Shown here in pieces: positions 57,744-64,000 of a stretch of DNA of 64,000 nucleotides; position 1 is the stretch's first letter; every line of letters starts with the position of its first letter. Location: positions 922,068 through 986,067 of the forward strand of contig NZ_JAJQXW010000001.1 of NCBI RefSeq assembly GCF_021246445.1. Reading direction: 5' to 3'. The stretch is from Rhabdothermincola salaria. Its GTDB lineage: Bacteria > Actinomycetota > Acidimicrobiia > Acidimicrobiales > Acidimicrobilacustridaceae. A model generated the notes under the pieces. That model was not told where the DNA came from, did no database searches, and was given only the letters and a program-made list of their open reading frames with translations. A program made the translations under genes and the position numbers.

Positions 57744-59186
57744 TCAGTCGCGCTTGCGGACCCGCATCTTGATGGGGGTGGCCCCCATGTCGAACGCCTC
57801 GCGCAGGGAACGCTCGAGGTAGCGCAGGTACGACGCCGGCATCTCCTTGTTGGCGAACAAGGTGAAGGTGGGCGGGTCGGTGGCGCCCTGGGTGGCGTAG
57901 AGCACCCGGGCGCCGTGAGGGGCCGGCTGTGAGGCCTGCGCGGCGCGGATCACCTGGTTGACCTTCCGGGTGGGAACCCGACGGTGGTAGTCCTCGATGG
58001 TTCCCGCCAGCGCCGGGAGCATCCGGTGCACGCCCTTGCCGGTGAGGGCGCTGATCTTGAGCACCGGAGCCTCGCCGACGAAGTGGAGGCGTTGGCTGAT
58101 CTGATAGCCGATCTCGTCGCGCTGCTCGGCGTCGAGCAGCTCCCACTTGTTGAGCACCACCACGATCGGACAGCCCGCGGCGTCGATGCGCTCGGCCAGG
58201 CGCTGGTCCTGGGCGGTGATCCCGATGGTGGCGTCGATGACGAGCAGGGCGACGTCGGAACGGTCGATCGCCTGCAGGGCCCGCACGAGGGAGTAGTACT
58301 CGGTGCCCTCGTCGATCCGGGCCCGGCGTCGCATGCCGGCGGTGTCGACGAAGCGCACCGGCCCGTCCGGGGTCTCGACCACGGTGTCGACGGCGTCGCG
58401 GGTGGTGCCCGGCATGTCGTGGACGACCGAGCGGTCGTCGCCGATCAACCGGTTGAACAACGTGGACTTGCCGACGTTGGGTCGTCCCACGATGGAGACG
58501 GAGAAGACCTTGTCCTTCTCGTCGACGGGGCCGACGTCGTCGTCGGGCTCGTCCGGGGCGGGAGGCAGGAGGTCCACGAGCAGATCGAGCATGTCGCCGG
58601 TCCCCCGGCCGTGCAGGGCGCTCACGGGCAGCGGGTCCCCCACGCCGAGGTTGAGCAGCTCCCAGATGGCGGCCTCACGGTTGGTGTCGTCGACCTTGTT
58701 GGCGACCAACAGCACCGGGCGGGCGTTGCGCCGCAGGATGGCCGCGACCCGGCTGTCCTCCTCGGTGATGCCGACGGTGGCGTCGACGACGAACAGCACG
58801 GCGTCGGCGTCGGCGATGGCCTTCTCGGACTGGCGGGACACCTTCTCGTCGAGGGTGCTGCCCCCGGGCATCCATCCGCCCGTGTCGACCAGCCGGAACT
58901 CGCGACCCCGCCAGTCGGCGACGATCTCCTTGCGGTCCCGGGTCACGCCCGGTCGCTCCTCGACGATCGCCTCGCGCCGCCCCAGGATCCGGTTGAACAA
59001 CGTGGACTTGCCCACGTTGGGCCGCCCCACGACCGCCACGACCGGGAGCTCGGAGCTGGCCGGCGCCAGGGCGTCGGCGCCGTCGAGGTCGGCCTGGCGG
59101 TCGGCCTCGGTGTCGTAGGGGTCGGCGAAGGGATCGAGGACCTCGTCGTCGTGGTCGGGTGGGGTCGGGCTGGGGTCGTCGATCAT
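57744..59186 (-). CDS. der: Ribosome biogenesis GTPase Der (EngA)
   Basis: Two GRPNVGKS domains, DTGG/DTAG, NKVD/NKWE, C-terminal KH-like domain. Confidence 0.96.
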   Translation of the reverse strand: MIDDPSPTPPDHDDEVLDPFADPYDTEADRQADLDGADALAPASSELPVVAVVGRPNVGKSTLFNRILGRREAIVEERPGVTRDRKEIVADWRGREFRLVDTGGWMPGGSTLDEKVSRQSEKAIADADAVLFVVDATVGITEEDSRVAAILRRNARPVLLVANKVDDTNREAAIWELLNLGVGDPLPVSALHGRGTGDMLDLLVDLLPPAPDEPDDDVGPVDEKDKVFSVSIVGRPNVGKSTLFNRLIGDDRSVVHDMPGTTRDAVDTVVETPDGPVRFVDTAGMRRRARIDEGTEYYSLVRALQAIDRSDVALLVIDATIGITAQDQRLAERIDAAGCPIVVVLNKWELLDAEQRDEIGYQISQRLHFVGEAPVLKISALTGKGVHRMLPALAGTIEDYHRRVPTRKVNQVIRAAQASQPAPHGARVLYATQGATDPPTFTLFANKEMPASYLRYLERSLREAFDMGATPIKMRVRKRD

Positions 59187-60565
59187 CGTTCCTCCAGGGC
59201 GCGCCGCAGGGCGATGCCGTCGGTGGCGACGATCTCGACGGGGCGGGGCAGGTCGGCTGGGCTCGTACCGTCGAGGAAGTAGCCCTGCGAGAGGCACACG
59301 TCGGGCAAGAGGTAGCGGTGGGTCTCGGGTTGGTCGGCGAGCACGCGGGCCAGGTCGGCGCCCACCATGAGGCCGGCGACGCCGGTGTTGCCGCCGAAGA
59401 ACTCGTTCTCGACGGGGACGATCCGCACGTCGTCGCGGCCGAACCCCTCGACGAGGGGCCCCAGCACAGCGGCGCCGTAGACCCCGGTGAGGATCCCGAC
59501 GGGCGCTCCCCGGCGGGGGCGCAGACGCACGGAGGCGCCGCTGTCGCCCCCGGCGGCCCCGCTGGCGCGAGGGGCGCGGTAGCCCTCGGCGGGTGCCCCG
59601 TCGACCCAGGCGAAGAACCCCGACGCCACCCCGGTCGGCTCGGCCACCCGGCCGGTGAACTCCTGCTCGAAGGTGCGGGCCATCCCGACCCCGTCCTCGT
59701 GCATGGGGAAGCCCTCGTAGGCCTCGGCCTCGGGGAAGGGCGCCTCGGCGAGCAGGTAGTACTCGTCGGCCGCGAAGACCAGCCGCCGACCCAGGGTGGC
59801 GCGGTAGACCTCCTGCCAGTCGTGCACCGCGTCGAGCACGGCGGCGGCCTCGGCGAGGGTGTGGGGCCGCATCCCCGGCTCGGGGTTGTAGCGGCTCACG
59901 CCGAGGGGCACCACGCACAGCGACGCCAGCTCGGGGTACCGGTCGAGCACCCCGGCGAAGGTGTCGTCGAGGATCGCCCCGTCGTTGCGCCCCGGGCACA
60001 CCACGACCTGGCCGTGGACCTCGATGCCGTGGTCGAGCAGTGCCCGGAGCCATCGCAGGCTGGTCGCCCCCCGCCGGTTGCGCAGCATCTCGGCGCGGAC
60101 CTCGGGATCGGTGGCGTGGATGGAGACGTGCAGTGGGCCGAGGCCCTCGGTGATCACGCGCTCGAGGTCGGCCTCGGTGAAGCGGGTCAGGGTGGTGAAG
60201 TTCCCGTAGAGGAAGGACAGGCGGTAGTCGTCGTCCTTGAGGTAGAGGCTCTTTCGCAGTCCCGGCGGCAACTGGTAGATGAAGCAGAACTCGCAGTGGT
60301 TGTCGCAGGTGCGCACCTGATCGAACAGGGCCGACTCGATCTCGGCGCCCAGAGGCTCTCCGGCGCCCTTCACCACCTCGAGTTGCAGCGCCAACCCGCC
60401 ACGGCCGACCTCGAGGTCGAGCTCGGGCTCGTCGGCCAGCAACCGGTAGGCGATGACGTCGCGCGGCACCTCGCCGTTGAGCGACAGGATCTCGTCACCC
60501 GGCAGCACCCCGGCCCGAGCGGCCGGCGACGCGGGCGCGACGGCGACGACACGGGGCGTGGACAT
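59183..60565 (-). CDS. PDZ + radical SAM-like DUF512 protein
   Basis: N-terminal PDZ (SPAARAGVLPGDEI), CDNHCEFC, KDDDYRLSFLYGNF.TLT; 4-nt overlap with der. Confidence 0.88.
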   Translation of the reverse strand: MSTPRVVAVAPASPAARAGVLPGDEILSLNGEVPRDVIAYRLLADEPELDLEVGRGGLALQLEVVKGAGEPLGAEIESALFDQVRTCDNHCEFCFIYQLPPGLRKSLYLKDDDYRLSFLYGNFTTLTRFTEADLERVITEGLGPLHVSIHATDPEVRAEMLRNRRGATSLRWLRALLDHGIEVHGQVVVCPGRNDGAILDDTFAGVLDRYPELASLCVVPLGVSRYNPEPGMRPHTLAEAAAVLDAVHDWQEVYRATLGRRLVFAADEYYLLAEAPFPEAEAYEGFPMHEDGVGMARTFEQEFTGRVAEPTGVASGFFAWVDGAPAEGYRAPRASGAAGGDSGASVRLRPRRGAPVGILTGVYGAAVLGPLVEGFGRDDVRIVPVENEFFGGNTGVAGLMVGADLARVLADQPETHRYLLPDVCLSQGYFLDGTSPADLPRPVEIVATDGIALRRALEER

Positions 60566-60647
60566 GGCTGCCGAGGCTACCGGCGCCCCTGGCCAGACAC
60601 GCATTCCCGCCCGTTCGGTGACACGCCGCCGCCGATACCCTGCGACC

Positions 60648-61709
60648 ATGGATGCAGCCTCACCCACCGCCGGTGCCACCGGTGTGCAGACCGTGCTCCT
60701 GGCCGCTCCCCGTGGCTTCTGCGCCGGCGTCGAGATGGCGATCAAGGCCCTGGCCTGGATGGTGCGGGCCTTCGAGCCGCCGGTCTACTGCTACCACGAG
60801 ATCGTCCACAACCAGAAGGTGGTCCGCCGCTTCGAGGACCTGGGCGTCGTGTTCGTCGACGACATCGCCGACGTGCCGCCGGGTCGACCGGTCATGCTGT
60901 CGGCCCACGGGTCGGCGCCCGAGGTGGTGGCGGCGGCCCAGGCCAACGGCGGCTACGTCGTCGACGCCGTCTGCCCCCTGGTGACGAAGGTCCACCACGA
61001 GGTCAAGGTCCGCGCCGGGAAGGGCTACCACATCGTCTACGTGGGCCACGAGGGGCACGAGGAGGCCGAGGGAACCATGGCGGTCGCCCCCGAGGCCATC
61101 CACCGCGTCGAATCGGTCGAGGAGGTCGACGCCCTCCCCCGCTTCGACGGACCCGTCGCCCTGCTGGCCCAGACCACGCTGAGCCACCGCGACTGGGCCG
61201 GCGTCCTCGACGCCACCCGTGAGCGGTTTCCCGAGCTGTGGATGCCGGGCCGCTCCGACCTCTGCTTCGCCACCACCAACCGCCAGTCGGCGTTGATGGA
61301 GATCGCCCCCAGCTGCGATGCGGTGGTCGTCATCGGTTCGGCCAACTCGTCCAACACCCGGGCGTTGGAGTCGCTGGCCCGCGCCGCCGGCTGTGCGCGG
61401 GTCTACCGGGTGAACGGGCCCGATGAGGTACCCGACGACCTGCACGGCACGGTCGGGGTCACGGCCGGGGCATCGGCCCCCGAGGAGCTCGTCGAGACCG
61501 TGATCGCCCGCCTGGCCCCCGCTCGAGGCGTCCAGGAGGTGCGCATCACCACCGAGGACGAGTACTTCCCACCGCCTCGCAACCTCCGCGACCTGCTGTC
61601 GAGCGTCGACACCGCGGCCGGGTTCCTGCTCGGGGGTCCCACGCAGGATCGGCCGCCGGTCAACGATCGCCTGGTCGCGGCCAGCGAGGTGCTCGCCAGG
61701 CTCGGCTGA
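60648..61709 (+). CDS. ispH: 4-hydroxy-3-methylbut-2-enyl diphosphate reductase
   Basis: PRGFCAGV, IVHN, DAVCPLV, QTTL, LCFATTNRQ, SSN, TAGASAP. Confidence 0.96.
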   Translation: MDAASPTAGATGVQTVLLAAPRGFCAGVEMAIKALAWMVRAFEPPVYCYHEIVHNQKVVRRFEDLGVVFVDDIADVPPGRPVMLSAHGSAPEVVAAAQANGGYVVDAVCPLVTKVHHEVKVRAGKGYHIVYVGHEGHEEAEGTMAVAPEAIHRVESVEEVDALPRFDGPVALLAQTTLSHRDWAGVLDATRERFPELWMPGRSDLCFATTNRQSALMEIAPSCDAVVVIGSANSSNTRALESLARAAGCARVYRVNGPDEVPDDLHGTVGVTAGASAPEELVETVIARLAPARGVQEVRITTEDEYFPPPRNLRDLLSSVDTAAGFLLGGPTQDRPPVNDRLVAASEVLARLG

Positions 61710-61782
61710 TCCCGCCGGCGGTGTCCTCGGGCCGACCCGCCCGACGGTGACGTCGGACGTGTCCGATGGCACACTGGGCGAC

Positions 61783-62337
61783 ATGCCCGCCACCTTCACC
61801 CGCATGGACGAGTCGACCCTCGAGGACTGGATGGAGATCGGCGCGGCCACGTCGGCCAACCAGGGCCGCGTGGCCGAGCGGATGCTCGAGCTGTTGCGCG
61901 CCCTGTCCAGCATCACCGACGGGTTCGGCACCGATCAGCTCACCCACTGCCTGCAGACGGCCACCCTCGCCGAACGGGCCGGCGCCGACGACGACGTCGT
62001 CTTCGCGGCGCTGATGCACGACGTGGGCAAGGCGATCAGCGTGCCCAACCACCCGGCGATCTCCGCGGAGATGATCAAGCCCTACGTGCGGCCCGAGGTC
62101 TACGCCATGATCCGCGTCCACCAGGACTTCCAGGGTCGCCACTACTACGCCCACTTCGGCGGCGACCCCGATGCCCGCGACGCCCACCGGGCCGAGCTCA
62201 GCGACCAGGAGTGGGCGTTGGCGGAGCGCTTCGCCGACGAGTGGGACCAGGTGGCCTTCGACCCGGAGTACGACACCTTGCCGCTCGAGCACTTCGAGCC
62301 GCTGGTGCGCCAGGTCACCGCCCAGGCCCGCATGTAG
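61783..62337 (+). CDS. HD-domain protein (PhnZ-like metalloenzyme)
   Basis: QLTHCLQTATLA, LMHDVGK, NH, HQ..HY, WD. Confidence 0.8.
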   Translation: MPATFTRMDESTLEDWMEIGAATSANQGRVAERMLELLRALSSITDGFGTDQLTHCLQTATLAERAGADDDVVFAALMHDVGKAISVPNHPAISAEMIKPYVRPEVYAMIRVHQDFQGRHYYAHFGGDPDARDAHRAELSDQEWALAERFADEWDQVAFDPEYDTLPLEHFEPLVRQVTAQARM

Positions 62338-62376
62338 CGACCCCGGGCCCGAGCCGGACGGCCCGAGGAGCCGGCG

Positions 62377-63555
62377 TCAGAGGCCCCGGTGGTCCTCGGC
62401 CAGGCCGAGCAGCACCTGAGCCGATTCGAGGTAGGTCTTCTCGCTGATGAAGGCGTGCTGGGTGCCCGTGTAGATGTCGCGGAAGGCCCGCTCGAGCCGG
62501 CTGCCCTCACGGATCGCCGTGGTGCCGGCAGCGAGGTGGCACCACTGCGCCACCTCGCGGCTGGCCTCCGTGGCGTAGGTGGCAGCGATGCGCATGTCGG
62601 CGCGCATCCTGGGCGTGAGGGGTTCCCCGGCGGTCACGGCCGCCTCGGCGGTGGTGAAGGCGTCGAGGACCAGCAGGCGGGCGGCCCGCCACATGCCGGT
62701 GTGGTGGGCGAAGTTGCGCTGGAAGGTCTGGCGGTTGGCCAGGGTCTCCATGTCGCTCATGCGGACCTTGCTCAGGGCCAGCTCGGCGACGTCGTCGAGC
62801 ATGCTCTGGGCCACGCCCAGCGCCCAGCCGGCATGTCCGGCCGCGGTGATGGCCATGAGGCCCATGCGGAACGCCGGCCCCTCGCCCCGGTGAGGGGTGC
62901 GCTCGAAGAGGTTGAACACCCGGTGCTCGGGCACGAACGTGTCGGTGGTGTTGTAGTCGTAGGAGCCGGTGCCCTTCAGGCCCTGGACGTGCCAGCCGTC
63001 GGTGAAGGTCAGGTCCTCGCGTGGGAACACGCCGGCGAGGAGCTGCACCTGGCCGTCGTCGTCGAGGACGATCTCACCGTCGTCCATCGGGAGGAAGCCG
63101 GCGCAGACCCAGGCCGAGTGGCCGGTCCCGGACCCGAAGTTCCACGAGCCGCTCACCCGGTAGCCGCCGTCGACCTTGACGCCCTGGCCGTTGGGGGCGA
63201 ACTGCCCACCGAGGGTGACCCGCTCGGACAGGTCGCCGAACACCTCGTCGAAGCCCTCGTCGGGCAGGTAGGCCGCGGTCGCCGCCGCCGACGGCAGGTT
63301 GGCGATGCCGATCCAGCCGAAGGAGCCGTCGAGCCAGGCCATCTGCTGCCAGGTCGCCAGCATCTCGGCGAAGCCCGGTTCGCTCCCCCCGGCCGGCGCC
63401 GGGTTCATGTGGCGCATGAGACCGGTGTCCCACATGGCCTCCACGATCGGCGCGGTCATGGTGCGGGCGGCCTCGGCGGCCCCCGCCTGCTCGGTCACCA
63501 CGTCGGCCATGGCCGCCACGAGGTCGGTGCCGGTGTCCCCCAGAGTCATCGTCAT
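62377..63555 (-). CDS. Acyl-CoA dehydrogenase-fold flavin-dependent hydroxylase (HsaA/HpaH-like)
   Basis: DGSFGW, SGSWNFGSG..H, WHVQGLKGTGS.D, LERAFRD..QH. Confidence 0.85.
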   Translation of the reverse strand: MTMTLGDTGTDLVAAMADVVTEQAGAAEAARTMTAPIVEAMWDTGLMRHMNPAPAGGSEPGFAEMLATWQQMAWLDGSFGWIGIANLPSAAATAAYLPDEGFDEVFGDLSERVTLGGQFAPNGQGVKVDGGYRVSGSWNFGSGTGHSAWVCAGFLPMDDGEIVLDDDGQVQLLAGVFPREDLTFTDGWHVQGLKGTGSYDYNTTDTFVPEHRVFNLFERTPHRGEGPAFRMGLMAITAAGHAGWALGVAQSMLDDVAELALSKVRMSDMETLANRQTFQRNFAHHTGMWRAARLLVLDAFTTAEAAVTAGEPLTPRMRADMRIAATYATEASREVAQWCHLAAGTTAIREGSRLERAFRDIYTGTQHAFISEKTYLESAQVLLGLAEDHRGL

Positions 63556-63659
63556 GCCTCGTTTGTAGCCGACAGCGCGCCCCGCCGGCGCACGGCGGCG
63601 GCCGATGCCCTGTCGGATCGAGCCCGGGGTCGTGGCTGGGGTGCCCCCTCCAGACGGGC

Positions 63660-64000
63660 TCAGCCGTGCCGGTTGGGCGACCCGGCCAGCGCCTGGGCCT
63701 CGTCGAAGAGCGCCTGGATGGCGACCGCCAGCTGGCTCGTGACCTCCCGGACGGCCCGACGGGGGACCCGCCCGTTCTCGCCCTTCGGAGGCGGCGTGAT
63801 GGGGGTGCCGACGACGATCACGATCTTCACCGGACGCACCCACTTGGACCCCTTGGCCATGGCCCGCTCGCTCCCGCCGATGCCCACCGGCAGGATCGGC
63901 GCACCGGTGCGGCAGGCGACGTAGCTGGGGCCGTCGAACACCTTGGCGATCTCGGGTCCGCTCTGTCGCGTCCCCTCGGGGAACATCACGAGGGGCTCGC
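63660..64000 (-). CDS. Lysophospholipid acyltransferase (PlsC-like), 5'-partial
   Basis: MFPEGTR, PILPVGI.G. Confidence 0.85.
   Translation of the reverse strand, partial: EPLVMFPEGTRQSGPEIAKVFDGPSYVACRTGAPILPVGIGGSERAMAKGSKWVRPVKIVIVVGTPITPPPKGENGRVPRRAVREVTSQLAVAIQALFDEAQALAGSPNRHG

Overview
High-GC actinobacterial chromosomal segment, most likely Acidimicrobiia (inferred from gene content and order), that appears to span the replication terminus. A near-canonical XerCD dif site lies at 29278-29305, and genes converge on it (about 31 of 35 on + to its left, about 23 of 31 on - to its right). Left arm: a coupled ubiquitin-like sulfur carrier-ttuA-trmI tRNA-modification operon; marP and a ferredoxin; a complete Pup-proteasome locus (arc, dop, pup, prcB, prcA, pafA, pafB, pafC); lepB, tat genes, helY, an M20 hydrolase and a double-domain thyX. 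Beside dif: two copies of a 22-bp palindrome bracket a zincin lipoprotein gene and a Cys4 Zn-finger/AT-hook-like gene. Right arm: a cobalamin riboswitch controlling a secreted alpha-barrel protein ending in PRFTG; a tandem glycine riboswitch with gcvP; gcvT, tetR and the garA/ftsR-like/DUF151/MerR/gcvH block; manC-pmm, a SRAP protein and lysS; a decaying island next to tRNA-Pro(GGG); der, a DUF512 radical SAM protein and ispH. Best candidates for undescribed systems: the dif-linked Zn-finger/palindrome module, the masked-GG Ubl-TtuA-TrmI operon beside the Pup system, and the B12-regulated PRFTG-tailed secreted protein. All product calls come from motif recognition; no searches were run.
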